Source of the DNA: Clostridiales bacterium
GTDB lineage: Bacteria > Bacillota > Clostridia > Christensenellales > UBA1242
DNA: 64,000 nt
Reading direction: 5' to 3'
Assembly (NCBI GenBank): GCA_918262735.1
Contig: CAKJYJ010000003.1
Coordinates: 84,883-148,882, forward strand
The notes beneath the pieces were generated by a model. The model had not been told where the DNA came from, ran no database searches, and saw nothing but the letters and a program-made list of their open reading frames with translations. Positions within the stretch are counted from its first letter, which is position 1; each line of letters begins with the position of its first letter. The translations under genes and the position numbers were made by a program. This document shows positions 48,095 to 57,763 of this stretch, one piece after another.

Positions 48095-48142
48095 AATTCC
48101 CTCCGCTTACACCAGAAAAAACATCGACCTTATGGCAGGTTT
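48095..48142 (+). repeat. Direct repeat copy 2 (48 nt), a degenerate tmRNA 3' end
   Basis: aattccctccgcttAcaccagaaaaaacatcgaccttatggcaggttt. It differs from copy 1 by a C-to-A change that breaks an acceptor-stem pair and by one fewer A. Confidence 0.85.
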
Positions 48143-48165
48143 GGTATAAATATTAAAACTTTTTA

Positions 48166-48194
48166 TTGACATACACTTTATTTTAGCATATAAT
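48166..48194 (+). promoter_or_regulatory. Consensus sigma-A promoter placed for a leaderless GNAT mRNA
   Basis: TTGACA (48166-48171), 17-nt spacer, TATAAT (48189-48194). The ATG is 7 nt downstream and there is no SD. Confidence 0.55.
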
Positions 48195-48201
48195 ACTGGA
48201 C

Positions 48202-48750
48202 ATGTATACTTTTAGAAAATTTACATTAAAAGATGGAAGAGAGATTGAGTGTTGCATACTTAAAAATGATAATCATTCAAATGATTATTTTGTTGTTGCT
48301 GGATGCAGAAATAGAAAAGTTGGCTATTGTAATTTTGAAATTGTTGGTGACACTTGCAAAATAAAAAGAATTGCCGTTACCGATGGAGATTTTTTAGGTA
48401 AGGGCGTTGGTTCAATTATGTTTAATGCAATGGAATATTTTTGTGCAAGAAATGGTGCAAAATATATTTCAGGCGTCTTTACTCCAAGAGGTTATGATAA
48501 CGCATGGGAATTAACATCAAAATTTTATAAAAATCACCACATGAAATCAATGGATTATGAGTATGATTATTGTGATAGGGATGAAATATTTAAAACAATT
48601 GATAATGTGGACGAAAACTACAACATTCCAGTGCATACTGATGATATTTTGTTTAATAAGGTTAAGAAGTATTGCTACATAACTAATGACATATTTTCTT
48701 CAACCCACAGAAATAACAAAACAAATAGTTCATCAACCATTGAATTATAA
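48202..48750 (+). CDS. GNAT-family N-acetyltransferase (putative)
   Basis: Motif-A-like IKRIAVTDGDFLGKGVGSIMFNAMEYFCARNGAKYI. Confidence 0.6.
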   Translation: MYTFRKFTLKDGREIECCILKNDNHSNDYFVVAGCRNRKVGYCNFEIVGDTCKIKRIAVTDGDFLGKGVGSIMFNAMEYFCARNGAKYISGVFTPRGYDNAWELTSKFYKNHHMKSMDYEYDYCDRDEIFKTIDNVDENYNIPVHTDDILFNKVKKYCYITNDIFSSTHRNNKTNSSSTIEL

Positions 48751-48757
48751 TATCAAC

Positions 48758-48788
48758 AAATTCTCATTTTTGTATGAGAATTTTTTTA
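48758..48788 (+). terminator. Rho-independent terminator
   Basis: aaattctcat-ttttgt-atgagaattt hairpin followed by a T-run. Confidence 0.75.
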
Positions 48789-48888
48789 TTAATAATCATC
48801 CCGTAAAATTAATTGCCCTAATAATTTGTTAAAAAAAATTTTTTATGTTATTATAAAAGCAATTGATAAAAAGTAAGGGGAGCCATTT

Positions 48889-50046
48889 ATGGAAAACACA
48901 TTAATTGATTCTAAACTGGAATTATTTTTTGAGGGTGAATTAAATTCATATAATGCAGACAATATTTGGAAAGATGTTGAAAGCACATTATTGGACAAAG
49001 AATTCACAACACTTATATTAAATTTTGCTAAATTGAATTATATATCTAGTGCGGGGCTAAGGATTGTTCTAAAACTTAAGCAAGCATATAATGATGTTCA
49101 CATAACCGAAGCAAATATGGATGTTTATGATATTTTGTCAATGACAGGTTTTACTAACATTATGGATGTTAAAAAAGCATATAAAAGAATGTACGTTGCT
49201 GGCGCAGAAATTGTTGGAGAGGGTTATTTTTCAACCGTTTACAGAATAGATAAAGACACAATAATAAAAGTTTTTAACAGAACGAGCGATGAAAACCAGA
49301 TTCAAAGAGAATTAAATTTAGCAAAAAAAGCATTTGTTCTTGGAATTCCAACCGCAATATCCTTTGATATTGTTAAGGTTGATAATAAGCTTGGCGTTAG
49401 ATTTGAAATGCTTGATTGTGACTCATTGAAAAACACATACCTAAAAAACCCAGACAAATTTGATGAATTGACCGATAAATATGTTGGTCTACTAAAAAAA
49501 ATAAATACAACAGAGTGTGATGACCCGTCTCAACTTAGGAATATAAAAGAGTTCTATTTTGAGAAATTAGAGTTAATTAAAGAATTCTTAGAAACCGAAG
49601 ATTACAATAAGCTTTATGCACTGTTGCAGACAATTCCAGAAAGAAAAACATTTGTTCATGGAGATTGTCACTTTAAGAACATTATGGTTCAAAAAGATGA
49701 ACTTTTGTTAATTGATATGGACACTCTTTCTGTTGGGCATCCAATTTTTGAACTTGCTGCAATATACGCTCCATATATTGCATTTGATGAAGATGACCCT
49801 GGTAATTGTGAAAGATTTTTGGGAGTGTCTTCTGATTTTACAAAAAAATTATTTAATCAAATAATTATCAAATATTTTGGTAGGGAAGACCAATCTATAT
49901 TTGATAAAATAAAACTTGTTTCATATATTCATATGATGTGGTGGAATAGAACAAACGAGCCACAAAATGAAAAAAGATTACATGGTTGCAGGGAAAGATT
50001 GTTAAAACTTCTTAAAAAATATGATGATTTAAAATTGGAGATTTAA
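48889..50046 (+). CDS. Fusion of a STAS (anti-sigma-factor-antagonist-like) domain with an aminoglycoside-phosphotransferase/protein-kinase-like domain
   Basis: The first ~100 aa carry the STAS core LNFAKLNYISSAGLRIVLKL (compare DSSGLG of SpoIIAA/RsbV). The remainder has a Gly-rich loop GEGYFSTVYR, a Lys in IIKVF, the catalytic loop FVHGDCHFKNIMV, and LIDMDTL. Confidence 0.65.
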   Translation: MENTLIDSKLELFFEGELNSYNADNIWKDVESTLLDKEFTTLILNFAKLNYISSAGLRIVLKLKQAYNDVHITEANMDVYDILSMTGFTNIMDVKKAYKRMYVAGAEIVGEGYFSTVYRIDKDTIIKVFNRTSDENQIQRELNLAKKAFVLGIPTAISFDIVKVDNKLGVRFEMLDCDSLKNTYLKNPDKFDELTDKYVGLLKKINTTECDDPSQLRNIKEFYFEKLELIKEFLETEDYNKLYALLQTIPERKTFVHGDCHFKNIMVQKDELLLIDMDTLSVGHPIFELAAIYAPYIAFDEDDPGNCERFLGVSSDFTKKLFNQIIIKYFGREDQSIFDKIKLVSYIHMMWWNRTNEPQNEKRLHGCRERLLKLLKKYDDLKLEI

Positions 50047-51893
50047 TGGCAAATAATAACAACGAATACTACGAAATTTATCTAAAAAATGAATATGATG
50101 CAAATAAACAAATGTCATATGCTTGTGCATTTGGTGGTTTTTTGTTGTTTATAATGTGGATAGGAGTTTTGTTTGGGCTTTTTGTAACAACTCAAAGAAT
50201 GCATCTAATACTATCCATAACAATGCCAATAGCAATTATTGTTTTATTTTCACCGCTTTTTTATATAAAAACTGAAAGAATAAAAAAAACAAGATTTAAA
50301 AATTTTGTTTTGTATTCATTTATGTTTGTTGTTGCTTTTATAAACGTGTTACTTCCAAAACATGGAATAATTGGTTGGGCGCTTTGTATTGTTTTAACAA
50401 ATCATTATTACAATCCAAAGTTATGCAAAAAAATATACTTTTTTACGATAATTTCAATGCTGATTTGCATCTATCTTGGAATGTTTTTTGGAGAATATGA
50501 CCCAGGACTTCTCGGAAATGGTGTTGTTGTTGATGGAAACATTGTTGAACCAGACACCCCTTATGATAGGTATATTATGATGAAAGACCTTATGAGTATT
50601 GGTATAAACAGATATCTTAGGGTGTTCATGTTCTACTATTTATCGAGGTTGGCATTTATAAGCATTTTGTTCTTCATATCTAACTCGCTCAATAAACGAA
50701 CATACACACTATTTATGGATGAAATAAAAGTTAATAGTAAGCAAGAGAGGTTAAACACAGAATTAAACGTTGCAAGGAATATTCAAATGTCAACACTGCC
50801 AGAAGATTTTGTTGCAACAGAAGATGTTGAAATATTAGCTGATTTGAAACCAGCGAAAGAGGTTGGTGGCGATTTTTACTATTATTTTAATGTTGATGAA
50901 AGTCATATAGCATATTTGGTAGGTGATGTTTCTGGCAAGGGTATTCCATCAGCAATGTTTATGATGCGTGCAATAACAAGTTTTAGAGATTGTATCAAAA
51001 TTGACAAAACACCAAGTCAAATATTAAAAGAAGTTAACAAACTTCTCCATGTTGGTAATGACGATTCAATGTTTATTACATGTTTTTTTGCAATTTTGAA
51101 CACAAAAAATGGTAATGTTATATATTCAAATGCGGGGCACACTCCACCAATTGTTGGTAAAAACTCGTGTTATTCTTATCTTAAATGTAATCCTGGGTTT
51201 TTGCTTGGTTGCACTGATGATTTGCCGGTTATTGATGAAACAGTAAGACTGAATAAAAATGACTCAATGATATTATATACCGATGGAATAACGGAAGCAA
51301 AAAATGATGGTGGAGAACTATATGGTGGAAAACGTTTACTGGATTTTTATAATTCAAAAGAGTTTTCGTGCCTACTTGAACAGCATTTAGATTTAATGGA
51401 TAGCATCGAAAAGTTTTCGAACGGCACAGAGCAAAGTGATGATATAACACTACTTACTCTCAAATACCAAGGCAATAAGATGTATATTAAAGAAAAAACC
51501 CTCAATAGCACAAAGGAGAGTGTGCAAAAATCTATTGAACTTGTTAATGAATATTGTGATGTTATAAAAGCAGATGATAAGTTGAAAAATGATTTTTCAA
51601 TAGTTATTGATGAATTGGTATCAAATATTGTTAAATATTCATACGACAACGCAATTGGAACAATATATTTAAGATTATTGTATGACTATGATACCAGAGA
51701 TGTTGTTTTCACAATAATAGACAAGGGCAAGGAATTCAATCCAACTGTCAATGTTGGTAAGGAACTCAATACAGATGTTAATAAAAATAAGGTGGGCGGT
51801 CTTGGTATATTAATTGTTAAAAATATAATGGACAGTGTTGTTTACGATAGGAAAAACGGCAAAAATATACTGACCTTGAAAAAACACATATAA
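50046..51893 (+). CDS. Polytopic membrane protein with a PP2C/SpoIIE phosphatase domain and a C-terminal RsbW-like GHKL serine-kinase domain
   Basis: About 6 N-terminal TM helices. PAKEVGGDFYYYF, GDVSGKGIPSA, YTDGITEA and SDDITLL (SpoIIE-type PP2C). ELVSNIVKYS, IIDKGKEFNP and GGLGILIVKNIM (HATPase). The start overlaps the upstream stop (TAATG). Confidence 0.75.
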   Translation: MANNNNEYYEIYLKNEYDANKQMSYACAFGGFLLFIMWIGVLFGLFVTTQRMHLILSITMPIAIIVLFSPLFYIKTERIKKTRFKNFVLYSFMFVVAFINVLLPKHGIIGWALCIVLTNHYYNPKLCKKIYFFTIISMLICIYLGMFFGEYDPGLLGNGVVVDGNIVEPDTPYDRYIMMKDLMSIGINRYLRVFMFYYLSRLAFISILFFISNSLNKRTYTLFMDEIKVNSKQERLNTELNVARNIQMSTLPEDFVATEDVEILADLKPAKEVGGDFYYYFNVDESHIAYLVGDVSGKGIPSAMFMMRAITSFRDCIKIDKTPSQILKEVNKLLHVGNDDSMFITCFFAILNTKNGNVIYSNAGHTPPIVGKNSCYSYLKCNPGFLLGCTDDLPVIDETVRLNKNDSMILYTDGITEAKNDGGELYGGKRLLDFYNSKEFSCLLEQHLDLMDSIEKFSNGTEQSDDITLLTLKYQGNKMYIKEKTLNSTKESVQKSIELVNEYCDVIKADDKLKNDFSIVIDELVSNIVKYSYDNAIGTIYLRLLYDYDTRDVVFTIIDKGKEFNPTVNVGKELNTDVNKNKVGGLGILIVKNIMDSVVYDRKNGKNILTLKKHI

Positions 51894-52010
51894 TTTTTAC
51901 AACAATGGTATAAATTAAAATAGCAAATTTGAAACATATTATGTTTTTTCCTTGCTATTTTTTTTATTTTTGTGTAGAATATATGCGTATTTTTTTCAAA
52001 GGAGATAAAA

Positions 52011-54647
52011 ATGAGCAAAAAATACGTTTATTTGTTTACTGAGGGTGACGCCACAATGCGTGAACTTCTCGGTGGAAAAGGTGCTAACCTTGCAGAAATG
52101 ACAAAACTGGGATTGCCTGTTCCTCAAGGTTTCACAATTTCAACTGAGGCTTGTACACAGTATTATGAAGACGGCCGTCAGATAAACGCTGAAATCCAAG
52201 CCGAAATAATGGAATACATTGGCAAAATGGAAAAGATTACCGGCAAAAAATTTGGTGACAATGAAAATCCACTTTTAGTTTCTGTTCGTTCTGGTGCAAG
52301 AGCATCAATGCCAGGAATGATGGACACAATTCTTAACCTAGGATTAAACGAAAAAGTTGTTGAAGTTATTGCCAAAAAATCTGGTAATCCAAGATGGGCT
52401 TGGGACTGCTACAGAAGATTCATTCAAATGTATTCAGATGTAGTTATGGAAGTTGGGAAAAAATACTTCGAACAACTTATCGATGAAATGAAGGAGAAAA
52501 AGGGTGTAACTCAAGATATTGAACTTACAGCCGAAGATTTAAAAGAACTTGCAAACGAGTTCAAAGCCGAATACAAAGATAAGATTGGCGTAGCATTCCC
52601 AGATGACCCTAAAGAACAATTGTTCGGGGCAATCAAAGCGGTGTTCCGTTCATGGGACAACCCAAGAGCAAATTATTACAGAATGCAAAACGACATTCCT
52701 TATAGTTGGGGAACAGCTGTTAACGTTCAAATGATGGCTTTTGGTAACATGGGCGAAACATCAGGAACTGGTGTTGCATTCACAAGAGACCCAGCAACTG
52801 GCGAAAAGAAACTTATGGGTGAGTTCTTAATGAACGCTCAAGGTGAAGACGTTGTTGCCGGTGTTAGAACTCCAATGCCAATTGCAAAAATGGCAGAAGT
52901 AATGCCAGAAGTTTATGAGCAATTCCAAAAAATTTGCAATACTTTGGAAAATCATTACAGAGACATGCAAGATATGGAATTCACAATTGAGGATAAACAC
53001 CTCTATATGCTTCAAACCAGAAATGGTAAAAGAACAGCTAGGGCAGCAATTAAAATTGCATGTGATTTAGTTGATGAAGGTATGATTACCGAAAAAGAAG
53101 CATTGATGCAAATTGATCCAAAATCATTGGATTCACTTCTTCATCCACAATTTGATCAAAAAGCATTGAAAGCAGCTGAGCCAATTGCTCAAGCACTTGC
53201 AGCATCACCTGGTGCAGCTTGTGGTCATATTGTATTCACAGCAGAAGATGCTGTTGAAGCAGGAAAGAGAAAAGAAAAAGTTGTTTTAGTTCGTCTAGAA
53301 ACATCGCCAGAAGATATTGAGGGCATGCACTATGCACAAGGTATCTTAACAGTTCGTGGTGGTATGACATCTCACGCAGCCGTTGTTGCTCGTGGAATGG
53401 GAACATGTTGCGTTTCTGGTTGTGGCGATATTAAAATGGACGAAGAAAACAAATGCTTTACTTTGAATGGTAAGGTGTACAGAGAAGGAGATGTTATATC
53501 TCTTGATGGTTCAACTGGTAAAATTTATGGCGAGGCTATCGCCACTGTTCCAGCAAACACAAATGATGGTGAATTCGGAAGAATTATGCAATGGGCTAAC
53601 AAATATAAAGCGCTAAGTGTTAGAACAAACGCAGACACTCCAAAAGATGCTCATCAAGCATTTGTATTTGGTGCAGAAGGTATTGGCCTTTGTCGTACAG
53701 AACACATGTTCTTTGATCCAGACAGAATTTCTGCAATTAGAGAAATGATTTGCAGCGATACTGTTGAACAAAGAGAAAAGGCTCTTGCAAAACTTGAACC
53801 AATGCAACAAGGAGACTTTGAAAAGCTTTACGAAGAAGCAAAAGGTGCTCCAGTTAACATTCGTTTCTTAGATCCACCTCTTCACGAATTTGTTCCACAA
53901 GAAGAGGAAGATATTAAACTTCTTGCCGATTCACAAGGCAAAACCGTTGAAGATATTAAGCAAATCATTGCTTCTCTTCACGAGTTTAACCCAATGATGG
54001 GGCATAGGGGTTGTCGTTTGGCAGTAACATTCCCAGAAATTGCAAAAATGCAAACAACAGCGGTAATTAAAGCTGCAATAAACGTTAACAAACGTCATCC
54101 AGAATTCCACACGGAACCAGAAATTATGATTCCACTTGTTGGTGAAGTTAAAGAACTTGCATTTGTTAAGAAAGTAGTTTGTGAAACTGCAGATGCAATT
54201 ATTAAAGAGGCAGGTGTCAAACTAACCTACAAGGTTGGAACAATGATTGAAATTCCTCGTGCAGCAGTTTTGGCTGATGAAATTGCAAAAGAAGCCGAAT
54301 ATTTCTCATTCGGAACAAACGATTTAACTCAAATGACATTTGGTTTCAGCCGTGATGATGCTGGTAAATTCTTAGGTTCATACTATGGTAATAAAATCTA
54401 TGAATCAGACCCATTTGCAAGGCTTGACCAAAAGGGCGTTGGTAAATTGATGAATATGGCTGTAACTCTTGGTAAACAAGAAAGACCAGACATAAAACTT
54501 GGTATTTGTGGCGAGCATGGTGGCGACCCATCTTCAATTGAATTCTGTCATAAAATAGGATTAACATATGTATCTTGTTCTCCATACAGAGTTCCTATTG
54601 CAAGACTTGCCGCCGCACAAGCAAATATTAAATTTCCAAGAAACTAA
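52011..54647 (+). CDS. ppdK: Pyruvate, phosphate dikinase
   Basis: 878 aa. ATP-grasp N-terminus, phosphohistidine swivel motif GGMTSHAAVVARGMG, and PEP-utilising C-terminus (RTEHMF, GICGEHGGDP). Confidence 0.96.
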   Translation: MSKKYVYLFTEGDATMRELLGGKGANLAEMTKLGLPVPQGFTISTEACTQYYEDGRQINAEIQAEIMEYIGKMEKITGKKFGDNENPLLVSVRSGARASMPGMMDTILNLGLNEKVVEVIAKKSGNPRWAWDCYRRFIQMYSDVVMEVGKKYFEQLIDEMKEKKGVTQDIELTAEDLKELANEFKAEYKDKIGVAFPDDPKEQLFGAIKAVFRSWDNPRANYYRMQNDIPYSWGTAVNVQMMAFGNMGETSGTGVAFTRDPATGEKKLMGEFLMNAQGEDVVAGVRTPMPIAKMAEVMPEVYEQFQKICNTLENHYRDMQDMEFTIEDKHLYMLQTRNGKRTARAAIKIACDLVDEGMITEKEALMQIDPKSLDSLLHPQFDQKALKAAEPIAQALAASPGAACGHIVFTAEDAVEAGKRKEKVVLVRLETSPEDIEGMHYAQGILTVRGGMTSHAAVVARGMGTCCVSGCGDIKMDEENKCFTLNGKVYREGDVISLDGSTGKIYGEAIATVPANTNDGEFGRIMQWANKYKALSVRTNADTPKDAHQAFVFGAEGIGLCRTEHMFFDPDRISAIREMICSDTVEQREKALAKLEPMQQGDFEKLYEEAKGAPVNIRFLDPPLHEFVPQEEEDIKLLADSQGKTVEDIKQIIASLHEFNPMMGHRGCRLAVTFPEIAKMQTTAVIKAAINVNKRHPEFHTEPEIMIPLVGEVKELAFVKKVVCETADAIIKEAGVKLTYKVGTMIEIPRAAVLADEIAKEAEYFSFGTNDLTQMTFGFSRDDAGKFLGSYYGNKIYESDPFARLDQKGVGKLMNMAVTLGKQERPDIKLGICGEHGGDPSSIEFCHKIGLTYVSCSPYRVPIARLAAAQANIKFPRN

Positions 54648-54688
54648 TTAAAAATTTGCTTTTAATATTAACCCAATTAAAAGTAACT

Positions 54689-54722
54689 AAAAACCAAGGA
54701 ATAACCCACCTTGGTTTTTTTA
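54689..54722 (+). terminator. Rho-independent terminator
   Basis: aaaaccaagg...ccttggtttt hairpin followed by a T-run. Confidence 0.75.
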
Positions 54723-54910
54723 TTCACACGAGAACAAAAGGGCAATGGGACTGTTTTCAATATATTTTTTATTAATACATGATGTATTGTAAATGTTTAT
54801 AAAAAAATTTTAACCAAAATAAAGGAATTTTGTTTTTTGTGTCTAATAATAAAACTGTAAGAACTCAAAATCGGCGACATGGCTGATTTTTAACCTTTTG
54901 GAGAAATTGT

Positions 54911-56692
54911 TTGAAAGATGAAGAATTTAGAAATTGGGTAACTGAGCTAAAGTCCCGCTGTGACATCGTTACTGTTATATCTAGGTATTGTAACGTTGTG
55001 CAAAGGGGAAGAAATTATTGGTGTTGTTGTCCATTTCATATTGAAAAAACGCCATCACTTTGCATTTATGACTACGAACAAGTGTATCACTGTTACGGTT
55101 GTAAAGAGCATGGTGATGTTATCACTTTTGTTAGAAAAATGGAATCTTGTGACTATATGCAAGCTGTTGAAATTCTTGCAAAAAGTGTTGGAATGGAAGT
55201 TCCAACTTTCACAAAATCTAACGAAGAAGAAATCGTTAAAAGAAAAAAAGAAAAAGATGCAGTATTTTCTGTTTTGGCAGAGGCGAACAAGCACTACCAA
55301 GCTAATTTGTTAACGCCTGATGCTAAACTTGCACAAGATTACATAAAAAAAAGAAAATTAGGAAGACGAGAACTAGAAGAGTTTGGATTGGGTTATTCAA
55401 TTTCTCCACAAGAAATCATCACATACTTAAAAGATAAAGGCTACTCAACCGAAACAATGAGTAAGGCTGGATTGATTGATAAGGGTGAGTGGGGTGGTTT
55501 TTATGACCATTTTTCGCAAAGGTTAACATTTCCTCTATATAATATTCATGGCGATTGTATTGGCTTTTCTGCTAGAATATTGGTAGATGACAAAACAAAA
55601 GCAAAGTACAAAAATTCTCCAACAACAATTGTGTTTGATAAAAGTAACACAATTTTTGGAATTAATTTAGTTAGAAAAAATAAACAAACAATGAATTTTA
55701 ACAATGTTGTTATTGTTGAAGGGCAAATGGATGTTATTGCAATGCATAAGGGCGGTTTTAGAAACGCAGTTGCATGCCTTGGAACAGCATTTACAAATCA
55801 ACATGCAAAACTGTTAAAGCTAATTTCAAATAATGTTGTTGTTTGTTTAGATGGTGACGGAGCTGGTCAAAAAGCTGCATACAAAATTGTTGATATTTTA
55901 GCAGAAAATGGGTTTAATGTTAAGTGTGTTTTAATTCCCGATGGCAATGACCCTGATGAGTATATCAATAAGTTTGGTGCAGAAAAAATGAAGGAATTAT
56001 TGGATAATGCAATAAATTATATTGACTTTCAAATTGATTATTTGGCTCGAGATGTTGACTTTTCAAAATCTGACGAGAAATCTAAATTTGTTAGGAATGC
56101 ATTAGATTTATTAAATAAACTGGGAACTGGAAGCGAAAAACAAGTGTATCTTAAGCATATTAAACAGCTAAGTGGCGTACCAATAGACATTTTGCAACAA
56201 GATTTATTTAATTCTGGAAAGGTCATCAGTAAAGAAATTGATGTTAGTTCAAACATTCATAACATTGAGGATGGAAATAATAAAGCAATTAAATTTATAC
56301 TTGCTTCAATGGTGTATAAAAAAGAATATGTTAAACCATATGATATTGGAAGATTTTTACACAATGACACATACAAGCGTCTTTATGAGTTAATTCTTAA
56401 CAAAAAGAAAAATGGCGAAGAACTAAAAATTAGTTTATTATATGACGAATTTGATCTGGAAGATGAACCTAATCTTGTTGATATTATAAACTATAATTTT
56501 GAACAAAATGGCAATAATGAAAAATACTATGAAGAATGTTTATGGAACCTTTACGAAAAGGAATATAAACAAAAACAAGCAGAGTTAAACGACAAGTTTA
56601 AGGAATGCACAGATGTAAATAAACGAAAAGAAATATTAAATGAGATATCTCAATTGTCAAGAAAACTAAAGAATAAGGTTATGGAGGAATAG
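54911..56692 (+). CDS. dnaG: DNA primase
   Basis: TTG start after GGAG. Zinc-binding CCCPFHIEKTPS...CYGCKEHGDVITF. TOPRIM VIVEGQMDVIAM...DGDGAGQKA. Confidence 0.93.
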   Translation: MKDEEFRNWVTELKSRCDIVTVISRYCNVVQRGRNYWCCCPFHIEKTPSLCIYDYEQVYHCYGCKEHGDVITFVRKMESCDYMQAVEILAKSVGMEVPTFTKSNEEEIVKRKKEKDAVFSVLAEANKHYQANLLTPDAKLAQDYIKKRKLGRRELEEFGLGYSISPQEIITYLKDKGYSTETMSKAGLIDKGEWGGFYDHFSQRLTFPLYNIHGDCIGFSARILVDDKTKAKYKNSPTTIVFDKSNTIFGINLVRKNKQTMNFNNVVIVEGQMDVIAMHKGGFRNAVACLGTAFTNQHAKLLKLISNNVVVCLDGDGAGQKAAYKIVDILAENGFNVKCVLIPDGNDPDEYINKFGAEKMKELLDNAINYIDFQIDYLARDVDFSKSDEKSKFVRNALDLLNKLGTGSEKQVYLKHIKQLSGVPIDILQQDLFNSGKVISKEIDVSSNIHNIEDGNNKAIKFILASMVYKKEYVKPYDIGRFLHNDTYKRLYELILNKKKNGEELKISLLYDEFDLEDEPNLVDIINYNFEQNGNNEKYYEECLWNLYEKEYKQKQAELNDKFKECTDVNKRKEILNEISQLSRKLKNKVMEE

Positions 56693-56695
56693 TCT

Positions 56696-57754
56696 GTGAG
56701 AGATAAAGTAGAGCAAGAAGTTAAAAAAATGCTAGAAATTGCAACAAAAAAAGGTTCTATCAATGAAGAGGATATATTTTATAGACTTCTAAAATATGAA
56801 GCATCAAAAGATGAAATTGAAGAAGTTGTTAAATATATGGAGAGTAACGGAATTAAAGTTATTCAAACAAAAGAGCCAGATATTTCAAAAGAGGATTTTG
56901 CAGAACTTGTTGCAAGTGTTAATGTTGATGATCCAGTTAAGATGTATCTAAAAGATATTGGCAGATCCCAACTTTTAACAGGTGAGGAAGAGGTTGAACT
57001 AGCAAGAAGAGGAAGAGAGGGCGACCAGTATGCCCTAACAAGACTATCTGAATCTAACCTAAGGTTAGTTGTAAGCATTGCAAAAAGATATGCAGGAAGA
57101 ACCAATATGCAATTTTTGGATTTAATTCAAGAAGGTAATATTGGATTAATAAAAGCTGTTGAAAAATTTGATCCAAATAAAGGTTTTAGGTTTTCAACAT
57201 ATGCAACCTGGTGGATTCGTCAATCAATAACAAGAGCAATGGCAGACCAAGCAAGAACAATTAGAATTCCTGTTCATATGGTTGAAACAATTCATAAATT
57301 AACACGTGCAAAAAGGCAACTATTGCAAGAGTTGGGTAGAGATCCAACATCAGAAGAATTAGCAAATGCATTGGAGATGCCAGAAGATAAAGTTGCTGAA
57401 ATTTTAAGAATTGCACAAGATCCAATTAGTTTGGAAAATCCTGTTGGTGAAGAAGATGATTCAAAAATATCGGATTTTATTGAAGATGAAACAATTAAAT
57501 CTCCAACAGAAGTTGCATCACAAAACTTGCTTAGAGAGCAACTTTTATGCGTTATTGAAACTCTAACGCCAAGGGAACAAAAAGTTATAAGATTAAGATA
57601 TGGTTTAGATGACTCACACCCAAGAACCCTTGAGGAAGTTGGTAGGGAGTTTAATGTAACTCGTGAAAGAATACGTCAAATTGAAGCAAAAGCACTTAGA
57701 AAATTAAGAAACCCAACAAGAAGTAAAAAGCTTCTTGGTTTTATGGAAGATTAG
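56696..57754 (+). CDS. sigA: Primary RNA polymerase sigma factor (SigA/RpoD)
   Basis: GTG start. Regions 1.2-4.2 including [16 protein letters not shown] and [15 protein letters not shown]. dnaG-sigA synteny. Confidence 0.96.
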   Translation: MRDKVEQEVKKMLEIATKKGSINEEDIFYRLLKYEASKDEIEEVVKYMESNGIKVIQTKEPDISKEDFAELVASVNVDDPVKMYLKDIGRSQLLTGEEEVELARRGREGDQYALTRLSESNLRLVVSIAKRYAGRTNMQFLDLIQEGNIGLIKAVEKFDPNKGFRFSTYATWWIRQSITRAMADQARTIRIPVHMVETIHKLTRAKRQLLQELGRDPTSEELANALEMPEDKVAEILRIAQDPISLENPVGEEDDSKISDFIEDETIKSPTEVASQNLLREQLLCVIETLTPREQKVIRLRYGLDDSHPRTLEEVGREFNVTRERIRQIEAKALRKLRNPTRSKKLLGFMED

Positions 57755-57763
57755 GAGGTATAA

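Noticed and set aside
48143-54647. Genomic island or prophage extending downstream of ssrA to ppdK
   Set aside because: No integrase, recombinase or phage gene is present, and no third copy of the att-like repeat was seen by eye. ppdK is a core gene. Only the 236-nt remnant is bounded by repeats, so I give the downstream genes no more than an 'accessory-looking' label.
54774-54788. 15-bp palindrome AATACATgATGTATT in the ppdK-dnaG spacer
   Set aside because: It is short and AT-rich, so chance occurrence is plausible in this composition. It matches no operator consensus I know (for example it is not a CGAAC-N4-GTTCG LexA box).
54873-54884. 12-nt identity (ggcgacatggct) between the loop of a small hairpin upstream of dnaG and the 5' acceptor region of ssrA (47478-47489)
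   Set aside because: The match does not extend on either side, it involves the tmRNA 5' end (not the part duplicated by integration), and no tRNA-like structure can be drawn around it. It is most likely chance, though a 12-mer match is mildly improbable in 64 kb.
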